Positions 52,242 through 63,022 of a DNA stretch of 64,000 nt are shown here, piece after piece (the stretch's first letter is position 1; the number at the start of each line of letters is the position of its first letter). Position numbers and translations under genes: made by a program. Below the pieces are notes generated by a model. It was not told where the DNA came from. It did no database searches and was given only the letters and a program-made list of their open reading frames with translations. The DNA lies in the NCBI GenBank assembly GCA_964438885.1, contig CAYTMK010000001.1:15876-79875 (forward strand), written 5' to 3'. The DNA is from an uncultured Erysipelotrichaceae bacterium. GTDB taxonomy: Bacteria; Bacillota_I; Bacilli_A; Erysipelotrichales; Erysipelotrichaceae.

Positions 52242-52338
52242 TCTGTAAGAAGCCTGCTTCTAGGCTTCTTTTTTTTGATTGCTTTTTGACTTTTCAGGTA
52301 CTATGAAGGAAGCGCTATGCAAACGAAAGGAAAAAAAG

Positions 52339-54285
52339 ATGAATCCTTATTCCTATTATGAAGTAGCAGCCTTAACCCCTCCCGTAGCCATTGCCGATCC
52401 TTTGAGCAATGCCAAAGCGATTTGTGATCTTTGTCAACGGTTACCAAAAACGGTTCGCTTGGTGGTAACGCCTGAGTTGTCGTTGACCGGTTATACTTGC
52501 CAAGATTTATTTTACGAAAGCCTGCTTCAAAGAGAAGCCTTGAAAGCCTTAGAGTATTTATGCGATCATTTGCCCTCTCAACAAGCTGTTTTGGTTGGCC
52601 TTCCCTTGCAAGTGGGCAATCACTTGTATAATGTCGCAGCTTTTATTGCCAATCAAGAAGTCAAAGGCTTTTATGCCAAGACATATTTGCCAAACTATAA
52701 CGAATACTATGAACAGCGCTGGTTTGCGCCTTCGATTTATTTGCCCGATCAAGCCCATGTTCACTTTCGCGGGAAAGTGGTTCCTGTGAGTGAGAAGATT
52801 TTATTTGAAGATTACACCACCGGAGCCATCATTGGGGCTGAAATTTGTGAAGATCTTTGGGTTTCCATTCCCGTAAGCTCCCACCATGCCGCAGCGGGGG
52901 CCAATGTGCTTTGTAATTTATCCGCCTCCAATGAAGTGATTGCCAAAGCCGATTATCGTATAGCCATTATTCGTGAACAATGTGCTCGAAACTTTAGTGC
53001 TTACATCTACTCTTCCGCTGGCCCAGATGAAAGCTCTAGTGATTTAGTGTTTGGAGGCCAAGCCGTGATTGCTGAAAATGGAAAAGTCTTAGCTTCCTCT
53101 TCGCTTTTAGATCCCAAACCATTCATTACTGCGCAAATCGATTTGGAAATTTTAAAAAATGAGCGCCTTCGCTACAAAACGACCTTTGAATCTTTAGAAC
53201 AAGACTACTTACGGATTCCCTTTGCTTCTAAACCAGTTCCAAAGTCGATTGCTTTAACTCGTCCTATCGAGGCTTATCCTTTTGTACCCAAAGACGAAAA
53301 AAAGCGCATTGAACGCTGCCAAAATATTTTGGCTATTCAAGCGCGAGGATTGGCTACTCGTCTTTCCAAGATTCAGGCTTCCAAAGTTGTCATTGGAATT
53401 TCAGGGGGATTGGATTCGACTTTGGCTCTTTTGGTTTGTTCCAAAGCGTTTAAGATGTTGAATTTAGATCCCAAAGGAATCTTAGCTGTTACCATGCCAG
53501 GCTTTGGAACCACCAAGCGAACCAACGCCAATGCCAAAACGTTGATGGAACTTCTTGGTGTCACTCCGATGGAAATTTCGATTGTTCCCGCCGTACTCCA
53601 ACACTTCAAAGACATCGGGCAAGATGAGTCTATCCATGATATTACGTATGAAAATGCCCAAGCCAGAGAACGGACGCAAATTTTAATGGATCTAGCCAAT
53701 AAAGAAAATGCCTTAGTCATCGGTACAGGAGATCTTTCAGAGTTAGCCCTTGGCTGGTGTACGTACAATGGCGATCATATGTCGATGTATGGAGTCAATC
53801 TCTCCGTTCCTAAAACGCTTGTGCGCTATATTGTAGAAAGCGATGCACTTTTAGCCAAAGAACAGGGCAATCAAGCGCTTTGTACCGTATTGATGGATAT
53901 TTGTGACACCCCTGTTTCTCCTGAGCTATTGCCTCCCGATGCAAGTGGAAAAATTGCGCAAAAGACCGAAGAAGTGCTCGGCAGCTATGATTTACATGAC
54001 TTTTTCTTATACCATATGTTGCGTTATCATGAAGGACCACAAAAGATTTTTGACTTGGCTTGTCATGCCTTTCCTCAAGTGGATCGTCAAACCATTTTAA
54101 AAGCCTTAACGACATTTTATACGCGCTTTTTCTCCCAGCAATTTAAGCGCAATGTCATGCCCGACGGAGTTAAGGTTGGTTCCATCAATTTCTCACCCCG
54201 AGGGGATTGGCGTATGCCAAGTGATGCCTCTAAAGCCATTTGGATGCGAGAAATTCAAGAAATCGAAAAGCGCGAAAATTCATAA
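52339..54285 (+). CDS. nadE: Glutamine-dependent NAD+ synthetase
   Basis: PELSLTGY, EICEDLW, GISGGLDS, ENAQARER, SPRGDWRMPSD. Confidence 0.93.
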   Translation: MNPYSYYEVAALTPPVAIADPLSNAKAICDLCQRLPKTVRLVVTPELSLTGYTCQDLFYESLLQREALKALEYLCDHLPSQQAVLVGLPLQVGNHLYNVAAFIANQEVKGFYAKTYLPNYNEYYEQRWFAPSIYLPDQAHVHFRGKVVPVSEKILFEDYTTGAIIGAEICEDLWVSIPVSSHHAAAGANVLCNLSASNEVIAKADYRIAIIREQCARNFSAYIYSSAGPDESSSDLVFGGQAVIAENGKVLASSSLLDPKPFITAQIDLEILKNERLRYKTTFESLEQDYLRIPFASKPVPKSIALTRPIEAYPFVPKDEKKRIERCQNILAIQARGLATRLSKIQASKVVIGISGGLDSTLALLVCSKAFKMLNLDPKGILAVTMPGFGTTKRTNANAKTLMELLGVTPMEISIVPAVLQHFKDIGQDESIHDITYENAQARERTQILMDLANKENALVIGTGDLSELALGWCTYNGDHMSMYGVNLSVPKTLVRYIVESDALLAKEQGNQALCTVLMDICDTPVSPELLPPDASGKIAQKTEEVLGSYDLHDFFLYHMLRYHEGPQKIFDLACHAFPQVDRQTILKALTTFYTRFFSQQFKRNVMPDGVKVGSINFSPRGDWRMPSDASKAIWMREIQEIEKRENS

Positions 54286-54360
54286 AGTAAAAGCGAAGAG
54301 CTATCTCACTCTTCGCTTTTTTAAATACACAAAATAGGATCAATAGTCGAAAACTGGAAA

Positions 54361-54618
54361 TATGCGGGGAAAAGTTTTTAAGTCAAATCCTAGTCTAGAA
54401 GCGATGGGGATCATCCCTGGGTATGCGGAGAAAAGGAGATTGTCCTTTTAAGTACTCAGCGAAAAAGAGGATCATCCCTGCGTATGCGGGGAAAAGCAGT
54501 ACCCCGATGTACTTGCATAGGTGAATGGAGGATCATCCCCGCGTATGCGGGGAAAAGAGGCGTATAGCGACGCATATGCTGACCGTACCGGGATCATCCC
54601 CGCGTATGCGGGGAAAAG
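54361..54618 (-). CRISPR. Orphan type I-E-like CRISPR array: 4 full repeats, 1 half repeat, 4 spacers
   Basis: 28-bp repeat GGATCATCCCCGCGTATGCGGGGAAAAG (+ strand) at 54408, 54469, 54530 and 54591, half copy at 54361-54374; four 33-nt spacers; degeneracy increases leftwards; AT-rich leader on the right. Confidence 0.92.
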
Positions 54619-54786
54619 ACTAATGATCCTCTTTACTTATAGCATAGTTCTCGACCAAAATCCTAAATTTTATTTAAATTTTCTAGAGAGTTTTTGAAAA
54701 GAAAATCTCCTTCTTGTTTTAAGCTTTGAAATGGACCCGATAAGATTTCAATAGGTTTTATCTTAATCATAGAAAAAGAGGATGTA

Positions 54787-55155
54787 ATGAAAGAAAAAAA
54801 TGAAGCTCCATATTCAAAAATTTTAGGAAAAAAAGTCCATGTAGTAATCGATCGACCAAAGGGAAGTGTTCATCCTAACTATCCTAGTCTCATCTATCCT
54901 TTAAACTATGGATACGTTCCAGGAGTATTAGGAGGAGATGGAGAAGAACAGGATTGCTACGTTCTTGGAGTCGATTCTCCGATTGCTGAATTTCAGGGGA
55001 CGGTTATTGCAATTATTCATCGCTTAGATGATATCGAAGAAAAGTGGGTAGTCGCCAAAGAAGATTGTCCCTTTTCAAAAAAGGAAATAATAAAACAAAC
55101 CTATTTTCAAGAGAAGTATTTTAGAAGCGATGTGATCACTATCAATAGGAATTAA
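54787..55155 (+). CDS. Short inorganic pyrophosphatase-family protein
   Basis: IDRPKGS, YPLNYGY, DGEEQDCY, DDIEEKWV. Confidence 0.8.
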   Translation: MKEKNEAPYSKILGKKVHVVIDRPKGSVHPNYPSLIYPLNYGYVPGVLGGDGEEQDCYVLGVDSPIAEFQGTVIAIIHRLDDIEEKWVVAKEDCPFSKKEIIKQTYFQEKYFRSDVITINRN

Positions 55156-55367
55156 GAAAAGCGAAGGGCCAAACCGCTCTTCGCTTTTTATAAAAAAGTT
55201 TCTTAGAATACGAAAAAGATTAGAGAGGCTCTCCCTCCTCTTTGCATCTAAGAAAATCTTATCTCTTTAAGAAGAGTCCTTATTTAAGCTTGAAGTGATC
55301 GTTTTTAGAGTTCTAAAAGAAAAAACCTTATCTAAGATAGATAAGGTTTTAAAGATTAAAAGGGAGC

Positions 55368-55973
55368 CTACTTGGCTTGTTCTTCTTGATCCTGTTTCAA
55401 AGTCTCTTGAATGGCTTCATAAATCGCATCAAATCCTGTTTTTTCTGTCGAAGAAACAGGAAAAATGGATTGAACAGGAATTTGTAAAGCTTGGGAGATG
55501 GTTTTAAGCGCTTTTGGACGCTTGGTCTTGGGGACTTTATCCACTTTGGTAGCGGCAATTAAGACTCGACGACCTGTTTGCTTGAAATAATCGATCATGT
55601 CTAAGTCATCTTGACTTGGTGCATGACGGGCATCGACAAGAGCCACTACACAAGCAATGTTTTCGCGTTCATTAAAATACTCATCCATCATCTTGCCTAG
55701 CTTTTGAAGTTGGGCTTTGGAAAGTTTGGCATAGCCATATCCAGGAACATCGACTAAGACCCATTTCCCATCGATATCAAAAAAATTGAGAAGTTGGGTT
55801 TTCCCTGGAGTATTTCCCACATAAGCAAGCTTCTTGCGATTGGTTAAAGCATTAATGAAAGAGCTTTTTCCCACATTGGAGCGCCCTACGACGACCACTT
55901 CTGGAAGTTCATGGCTTGGCCAAGAATCTTTGCCAGAAGAAGAGACCATGAAGGTACTTTGAAGTGGGATCAT
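55368..55973 (-). CDS. engB: Ribosome biogenesis GTPase YsxC/EngB
   Basis: GRSNVGKSS, PGKTQ, DVPGYGY, TKVDK; downstream of lon. Confidence 0.93.
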   Translation of the reverse strand: MIPLQSTFMVSSSGKDSWPSHELPEVVVVGRSNVGKSSFINALTNRKKLAYVGNTPGKTQLLNFFDIDGKWVLVDVPGYGYAKLSKAQLQKLGKMMDEYFNERENIACVVALVDARHAPSQDDLDMIDYFKQTGRRVLIAATKVDKVPKTKRPKALKTISQALQIPVQSIFPVSSTEKTGFDAIYEAIQETLKQDQEEQAK

Positions 55974-58369
55974 GCTTGGCCCTCAGAAGAAACAGTTGGC
56001 TTCTGATTTAAAGGACAAACGACTGCTGGCTTTTCTTCATCAGGTTCTTCAATAGGGGTTACAGGATGAACAAGAGCATGGCTCAGTACTTCATCCACGG
56101 TAGATACAGGGATAAAATCCACTGCATCTTTGACTTCTTGAGGAATCTCATCCAAATCTTTGACATTTCCTTGCGGGATCAAGATGGTCGTAATCCCAGC
56201 TCGATAAGCCGCCAAGGATTTTTCCTTTAAGCCTCCGATGGGCAAAACATTGCCACGCAACGTGACTTCCCCTGTCATGGCTAAATTGCTCTTGACGGGA
56301 ATTCCGGTTAGAAGCGAAGTAAGAGCAGTCGAAATGGTAATTCCCGCTGAAGGACCATCTTTAGGAACGGCTCCTTCAGGAACGTGTAAGTGAATGTCAT
56401 TTTTACCAAAGACTTTTTTCGAAATGCCATAGCGATTGGCATTGGCATGGATGAAGTCTAAGGCAATGGTAGCGGATTCTTTCATGACATCCCCAAGTTG
56501 ACCCGTTAAAATCAAGCCGCCTTTTCCATCAAATTTGTTGGCTTCAATTTGTAAAATATCGCCTCCAAAAGAGGTATAAGCTAGACCTGTCACAGTACCA
56601 ACTTGGTCTTCCGTTTCTTTTTTACCGTAATCCACTTTTTCATGACCAAGCCATTCTTGAATCCGATCTTTATCAATGACCACTTGTTTTTGACCATCTT
56701 TTAAAATAGCCAAGACGGTCTTACGGGCTAAAGAGGCAATGGTGCGTTCGAGCTGCCGTACGCCTGCTTCACGGGTATAGTAGCGAATCAAATATAAAAT
56801 CATATCCTCAGGAATGATCAATTGATCTTTCTTCAATCCATTTTCAGCCAATTGACGAGGAATTAAATGGTCTTGGGCAATATGAACTTTTTCCACATCG
56901 GTATAAGAAGAAAGTTCGATGACTTCCAAGCGGTCTTTTAAAGCAGGTGGAATATTTTCCAAGTAGTTTGCGGTGGCAATAAACAAAACTTTGGATAAAT
57001 CATAGGCTTCTTCCAAATAGTGATCAGAGAAGAAGGCATTTTGTTCAGGATCAAGGACTTCTAACATCGCTGAAGAGGGATCTCCCTTGTAGTCAGAAGC
57101 CATTTTATCAATTTCATCGATTAAGAAGACGGGATTAATGACTTGCGCCTTTTTCATTCCTTGAATAATGCGACCAGGCAAGGCCCCAAGATAGGTTCGA
57201 CGATGCCCACGAATTTCGGCCTCATCACGCACGCCACCAAGAGACATTTTGACGAAATGACGATCCAAAGCACGAGCAATGGATTTAGCTAAAGAGGTTT
57301 TTCCTACCCCAGGAGGACCTGCTAAACAAATAATAGGCGCTTTAAGAGAGTTGGTATTTTGTTTTACGGCTAGATATTCCAAAATACGCTCTTTTACCTT
57401 TTTTAAGCCGAAATGGTCTTCTTCCAAAATGCTTTCAACGTTTTCTAAATCTTCGTTGTCGGTTGTTTGTTGCCACCAAGGCACATCCAATAACCAGTCA
57501 ATATAGGTTTTGATGGTGCCCGTTTCGCCACTTGCCATGGGCAAATTTTCATAGCGCACCAACTCTTCTAAAACTTTCTTTTTAATCGCTTCTGGATAGG
57601 GATTTTCTTTTAGGCGCTTACGAATTTGATCGCCCTCTTTACCTGGAGCTGATCCATCGGTGAGCTGATCTTGCAAGGCACTGATTTTTTCTCGCAAATA
57701 GAAATCTTTTTGGTTTTGATCAATGCGCTCCTTGACCGTTTCGTTGATCCGCTTTTCAACTTCCGTAAGCTCTTTTTCCTTTTCGATGTCTTCAAGAAGC
57801 ATCATCAAGCGATCGTTGATTCCTATGGTTTCTAAATACTCCTGTTTGCGTTCAGGAGTCATCGGGAAAATTTGAGCGGCTTTATCACTTAAGGTACTTG
57901 GAGAAATTCCTTTGGATAAATCACTTAGAATATCCCGAGACATAAACTTTTCCCCTGGACGCATTTTTTCAAATGCGGCCGAAACCAGACGCATTAAAGC
58001 GACTTGTTCGGCTTGATTTTGGGATTCAGAAGGCATCATTTCCACTTCGACAAGTTCGGAAAGATTGCCTTCTTCAAATGATTTCAAACGAACGCGTTCG
58101 ATTCCCCGAAATTTTACGCGTAAAAACTTATCAAAACGGCGAATGTGACGAATTTCGCACAATACGCCTACTTTATAAATATCATCAAGGCCAGGGTTTT
58201 CCGACTCTTGATTTTCTTGAGCAAACATACAAATACGATCGTTGTAATTGTCTTGGGCATTTTCGATCGCTTTGAGGCTATTGGTTCTGCCAACATCAAT
58301 GACTAAATCTTGGCCTGGAAATACAATCACCCCACGGGTACAAATCATCGGATAGGTTTGTGTATTCAT
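55970..58369 (-). CDS. lon: ATP-dependent Lon protease
   Basis: [29 protein letters not shown]. Confidence 0.96.
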   Translation of the reverse strand: MNTQTYPMICTRGVIVFPGQDLVIDVGRTNSLKAIENAQDNYNDRICMFAQENQESENPGLDDIYKVGVLCEIRHIRRFDKFLRVKFRGIERVRLKSFEEGNLSELVEVEMMPSESQNQAEQVALMRLVSAAFEKMRPGEKFMSRDILSDLSKGISPSTLSDKAAQIFPMTPERKQEYLETIGINDRLMMLLEDIEKEKELTEVEKRINETVKERIDQNQKDFYLREKISALQDQLTDGSAPGKEGDQIRKRLKENPYPEAIKKKVLEELVRYENLPMASGETGTIKTYIDWLLDVPWWQQTTDNEDLENVESILEEDHFGLKKVKERILEYLAVKQNTNSLKAPIICLAGPPGVGKTSLAKSIARALDRHFVKMSLGGVRDEAEIRGHRRTYLGALPGRIIQGMKKAQVINPVFLIDEIDKMASDYKGDPSSAMLEVLDPEQNAFFSDHYLEEAYDLSKVLFIATANYLENIPPALKDRLEVIELSSYTDVEKVHIAQDHLIPRQLAENGLKKDQLIIPEDMILYLIRYYTREAGVRQLERTIASLARKTVLAILKDGQKQVVIDKDRIQEWLGHEKVDYGKKETEDQVGTVTGLAYTSFGGDILQIEANKFDGKGGLILTGQLGDVMKESATIALDFIHANANRYGISKKVFGKNDIHLHVPEGAVPKDGPSAGITISTALTSLLTGIPVKSNLAMTGEVTLRGNVLPIGGLKEKSLAAYRAGITTILIPQGNVKDLDEIPQEVKDAVDFIPVSTVDEVLSHALVHPVTPIEEPDEEKPAVVCPLNQKPTVSSEGQA

Positions 58370-58576
58370 GAAAAATGCGGCGCAAGACTCACGGATACCA
58401 CCGTGAGAGGGCCGACCCTCCTTTCCTATTCCTAGAAGCTATATTCTAGGAACATTTAAAAGCATACGAAAACAGGTAAGGGCCTGAATTTATCACACTT
58501 TTAGGCATTTGGCAAAAAAGACGCTAAAAGAGCGTCTTTTTTGTTTCTCGCTTAAAGCATCTTAAATTGGATCTAC

Positions 58577-59968
58577 TTAGTTTTCTTCTGCCGCTTCGCT
58601 TGTTTCTACTGCTTCTACGACCTCGTCGTTGGTCCAACCGTTTTCAGAGAGTAAAGCTTTAATGCCTTCTTGAATCAAATAGCTATTTTTTAAATCCTGA
58701 ACGAGACGGTAGTTGTGACGTAAACGATCGACAGATTGTCCGACTTCATAAGAAGCCTTTTGCAACAAACGATCGAGCGTTTCCTTGCTTAGAGTAATGC
58801 CAGCCGCTTTGGCGATGGCCATCGCTAAGGCTTCTTCACGCAATTGATTTTCATAGCCTAAGCGATCTTCTTCAGAAAGTTGCGAAGCCATATTCTCTAC
58901 ATATTGTTGAATCGCTTTTTGGTCTTTGAAGAGTTTTTGGAAAACTTCCATCGATTGTGGATTACTTGGATCCATCCATTGATATACCATTTGTTCTAAG
59001 GAATCATGGATGCGTTCTTCGACACGCGCAGGATGAATTTCTACTGGTTCTTGTACATTCTCTTTTACTTTCTCGAACAACTCACCGACAAAGTTGGAAT
59101 ATACTTCATTTTTGGCTTCTCTTAAAAGTCTTTGATGAACGAGATCTTTAAATTGATCAACGGTATCAATGCCTTCAATTTCGATTTTTTCCGCAATAAA
59201 CGCATCATTGAGTTCAGGCAAAGTTGGTTTATACAAATCATTGAGAGTGATTTGTACTTCTGCTTCTTGGTTGGCATACTCTGGCTTCACGTAGTCGGCC
59301 GGAAGAGTTACAGTATAGGTCTTTGTTTCATTGGATTTCATTCCTTGAAGGTTTTCCATAAAGCTAGGAACCGTAGAATCCAAGGACAAATTGATCTCCT
59401 GATCACTCATAGACCCTTCATCCACTACTTCTCCTTGAACCTTTACCGTATAGGCTAAATCCGCTGTATCTTTTTCTTGGGCTTCTTCTCCCTCTTCAGC
59501 TAAAACATACTCTGCATTTTCTTCAAGAAGTCTTTGGATAATTTCATCCACCTGCGCCTCTTCTACTATCGCCTCAGCGGGAGTAAGACCAAGGTTTTTC
59601 CAATCACCTAAAACCACTTCAGGTTCTACTGTAATTTCATAAGTCACTGTAATGGCTGAATCATTTGCTTCATCAATGGAATGATTGATGGATCCCACAG
59701 GATTGAGATCGCTGTTCGCCATCAATTCTTCAAATACATCTTCAAGACAGAAATTAAAAGCTAAATCATAAAAGTTTTTCGCTCCAAGCATCTTACGCAC
59801 TACTGCCGCGGGAATGCGGCCAGCGCGAAATCCTTTAGAAGGTAAAAATTTATTTCCTTCTTTTACTGCTTTATTCTGAGCAGCTTTCCATTCTGGACCC
59901 TCAAGAGTCGCTGTCATTGTGACTTTCCGAGCATCTTCTCTATTCATCTTTATATCTTTTAAATTCAT
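58577..59968 (-). CDS. tig: Trigger factor paralog (ribosome-binding motif kept, FKBP domain degenerate)
   Basis: GFRAGRIP; LPELNDAF; tig-lon-engB context. Confidence 0.75.
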   Translation of the reverse strand: MNLKDIKMNREDARKVTMTATLEGPEWKAAQNKAVKEGNKFLPSKGFRAGRIPAAVVRKMLGAKNFYDLAFNFCLEDVFEELMANSDLNPVGSINHSIDEANDSAITVTYEITVEPEVVLGDWKNLGLTPAEAIVEEAQVDEIIQRLLEENAEYVLAEEGEEAQEKDTADLAYTVKVQGEVVDEGSMSDQEINLSLDSTVPSFMENLQGMKSNETKTYTVTLPADYVKPEYANQEAEVQITLNDLYKPTLPELNDAFIAEKIEIEGIDTVDQFKDLVHQRLLREAKNEVYSNFVGELFEKVKENVQEPVEIHPARVEERIHDSLEQMVYQWMDPSNPQSMEVFQKLFKDQKAIQQYVENMASQLSEEDRLGYENQLREEALAMAIAKAAGITLSKETLDRLLQKASYEVGQSVDRLRHNYRLVQDLKNSYLIQEGIKALLSENGWTNDEVVEAVETSEAAEEN

Positions 59969-60351
59969 GATGGTAGACTCCTTTCTGTTTGACTGAAGAC
60001 TTCTTTTTCAGCCAAAAAACCTTTGGATTGACTTTATCATTTTGTACGACCGAAATGGGAAAAGACTAGAAAGAAGGCTTCTTTTTAGTTTAAATCAGCT
60101 TCTTTTTCGTCTAAATCATTTTACGCTTAATTTTTTTCTAAACTCTAAAAGGACTTATTTTCTTTAATTCTCTCTTCTTTTAAAGTCGCTTTGATCTCTT
60201 ATAAAGAGGAATTTCTTTCTATCAATTATTTATTCTTATAATTAATTATTCTTACTTGAGATCTTTTCTTTTAGGACTTTCTTCCCTAAAAAAAGAAGGA
60301 CCATTTCACCACGAAAAAAGCTCTAACGCATTTCATAAAAAGGAGATATTT

Positions 60352-60810
60352 ATGAAAATTATTGAATACTTTGCCTTACCTCAAGACCAACAAAAACTCT
60401 GGATGAATAAACTTGAAGAAGCCGATTGGGAAGCAGGTAAATCTCTATGTCGTCGCATTCAAACCCACGATTTAATTTCTAAAACAAAAGAAGACCCAAA
60501 ACTTTATCTTCTCATCAATGATCAACAAGAATTAATGGCCTATGCTATTCTCGCTCAAAAAGATGATATTCAAGAAACCGATTTAACCCCTTGGATTGGC
60601 TATGTTTATACCTATCCTCCTTTTCGAGGTCAAAAATTAGCTCAAAAAGTTTTAAGTCATTGCGAAAAGCAAGCCCAAGAACAAGGCTACCAGGCCATCT
60701 ATATTTCCACGGGCTATGAAGGACTCTATGAACACTATGGGTATTCCTTTTTAAAGGAAATGGAAGATATGCACGGGCATCTTTCTCGCGTTTACAAAAA
60801 AAACTTATAA
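60352..60810 (+). CDS. GNAT acetyltransferase
   Basis: PWIGYVYT.P.FRGQKLA, LYEHYGY; RBS before MKIIEY. Confidence 0.85.
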   Translation: MKIIEYFALPQDQQKLWMNKLEEADWEAGKSLCRRIQTHDLISKTKEDPKLYLLINDQQELMAYAILAQKDDIQETDLTPWIGYVYTYPPFRGQKLAQKVLSHCEKQAQEQGYQAIYISTGYEGLYEHYGYSFLKEMEDMHGHLSRVYKKNL

Positions 60811-60965
60811 GCTTATTCATGGATTGAGTAGAGAGTTTGCCTCTCAACCCATTAACGCTTCTCGATCCTGTCTAAAAAAGACGTTTTCCTCATCTTAAAA
60901 GATTTAACAAGCATAGGAAGACCTCCACTTTTGAAAACAGGTAAAATATAAGTAGAAAGTGGTGA

Positions 60966-62198
60966 ATGAATATGAATTATACTCTTGAATATCCTGAAAA
61001 AAATCTTGCGGTTTTAACGTTTACGATTGATAAAGATACCTTTGAAGCGGATTTAAAAGCCGCTCAAGAAGCCACAAAGTCCGACGATCAAAAGCAAATT
61101 CATGAATATGCGATTGCCAATGCCGCAGGTCAAGTTTTAGCTGAGGCAGCCCAAGCCAATAACCTTAAAGTAGCGGCGGAACCTTCTTTGGTTTCCGAAG
61201 GACAAGATGATGGGTCTGTCATCGTTACGATTACTATCCCTCTTGTTCCTAGTGTGACTTTACCAGCCTATACAGGTTTAAACTTTAAAAAAGAACCTGC
61301 TACCGTAAGTGAAGAAGAAATCTTACACGATGTTCAACAACGCATTTTCTCTCATCGCGCTTGGAAAGATGTTCCAGTCGGTACCCCTGCCGAAAAAGGT
61401 GATCAAGTAATCATCGATTTCGTCGGAGAAAAAGATGGGGTTCCTTTCCCAGGTGGATCTGCAGAAAACTTCCCACTCGTTTTAGGTAGTGGTCAATTTA
61501 TTCCTGGATTTGAAGATCAATTGATCGGTGCAGTTCAAGGTGAACATGTCCAAGTCAATGTATCTTTCCCAGAAGATTATTTTGAAAAATCTTTAGCTGG
61601 ACAACCTGTTATTTTCCGCGTTGTGGTTAACCAAATTCAAAAACCTATCGTACCAGAACTGACAGATGCATTCGTTGCAGAAATGAAGTTGGATGGAGTA
61701 AAAACCGTTGATGAACTTCGTGCTCGTGCGCAAGCCGATTTAATGGCGTTAAAGGAAGAAGAAATTGAAAACCGTTTGGCTTATGATATTCTCCATCGCA
61801 TTGCCGAAGGCGCTCAAATGGACATTCCTCAAGCCATGATTGAAAGCCAAGTTAACCAACATATTCAACAATATGAAGGTCAACTTCAACAGTTGGGCAT
61901 GACTCTTGATCAATTCTTACAAACTTCTCATCAAACGCTTGAACAGTTCAAAGAAAAGATCGTTCCTGAAGCGACAGAAGAACTTCGTGCGGCTCTGGTT
62001 TTAGATGCGATTGCTCAAGAACAACAAATCAAAGCCAATGATGAAGAGCTTCAAAAAGAATATGAGTTGATCTCTACCATGTATAACTTTGCTCCAGAAC
62101 AACTCAAACTCATCATTCCTCCTCAAACCGTTGCAGCGCAAATCACTCAACGTAAAACGTTAGATTATCTTAAAAACCAAAATACTGTAAAAGAATAA
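60966..62198 (+). CDS. tig: Trigger factor paralog (intact FKBP domain, short N-domain)
   Basis: IDFVGEKDGVPFPGGSAENFPLVLGSGQFIPGFEDQLIG; no GFRxG motif. Confidence 0.8.
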   Translation: MNMNYTLEYPEKNLAVLTFTIDKDTFEADLKAAQEATKSDDQKQIHEYAIANAAGQVLAEAAQANNLKVAAEPSLVSEGQDDGSVIVTITIPLVPSVTLPAYTGLNFKKEPATVSEEEILHDVQQRIFSHRAWKDVPVGTPAEKGDQVIIDFVGEKDGVPFPGGSAENFPLVLGSGQFIPGFEDQLIGAVQGEHVQVNVSFPEDYFEKSLAGQPVIFRVVVNQIQKPIVPELTDAFVAEMKLDGVKTVDELRARAQADLMALKEEEIENRLAYDILHRIAEGAQMDIPQAMIESQVNQHIQQYEGQLQQLGMTLDQFLQTSHQTLEQFKEKIVPEATEELRAALVLDAIAQEQQIKANDEELQKEYELISTMYNFAPEQLKLIIPPQTVAAQITQRKTLDYLKNQNTVKE

Positions 62199-62458
62199 CA
62201 TTTCTTTTTCCCTACTCTTGTAAGACTGTCCTAGACACGGACAGTCTTTTTTATTGTGAAAAAAGATTTCCTATACTCAAAAAGTATGAAGCTTATTTCT
62301 TTATATGTATTAGATATTCTATTTTTTCAATCCTAAAATTAGGGTGTACGGACCATTGGCTCTTTTATCCAAAGAAAAATGGCAGAAGACCGATTTAAAA
62401 TTTCTGAAAATTTAAAGTTTCCAATAAAGATCAAAGAGTTTGGAAGAAGGAGATAAAA

Positions 62459-63022
62459 GTGAAAGTCTTAGCCCTAAATGGCAGCGCAAGAAAGAATGGC
62501 AATACATCCATTCTGATCCAACGCATTTTAGAAAAACTAGATCAAGCTGGAATTAAAACCGAAGTGATAAATCTTTGTGAAGCATCAATTCAACCCTGTA
62601 AAGCTTGTTTTTTGTGTACGGGGAAAGGAAATTGTGTTTTTCATACGGATCGCTTTAGAGAAATCTTTGAAAAAATGAAGCAGGCCGACGGGCTTATTCT
62701 TGGCTCCCCCGTTTATTCCGCGAATATATCTGCCAATATGCAAGCGCTCTTAGAGCGATCTGCCGTAATTTGCGACCTGAATGAGGGATTAATGAAATAT
62801 AAAGTGGGAGTCTCGGTGGTGAGCGCAAGACGAGGTGGGGCTTTAAATGCTTTTGATGCGCTCAATCATTTTTTTCTTAATCATGAAATGGTTGTTGTAG
62901 GAAGTACTTACTGGAATATGGCCTATAAAGAAGCTTTCAAGGATAAAGAAGCTTTAGCGAATATGGATAATCTTGCCCAAAATATGATCTGGATCCTAAG
63001 AAAAATAAAAGGAAGCGCATGA
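62459..63022 (+). CDS. Iron-sulfur flavoprotein / NADPH-dependent FMN reductase family
   Basis: GSARKNGNT, CKACFLC...C, GSPVY. Confidence 0.85.
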   Translation: MKVLALNGSARKNGNTSILIQRILEKLDQAGIKTEVINLCEASIQPCKACFLCTGKGNCVFHTDRFREIFEKMKQADGLILGSPVYSANISANMQALLERSAVICDLNEGLMKYKVGVSVVSARRGGALNAFDALNHFFLNHEMVVVGSTYWNMAYKEAFKDKEALANMDNLAQNMIWILRKIKGSA

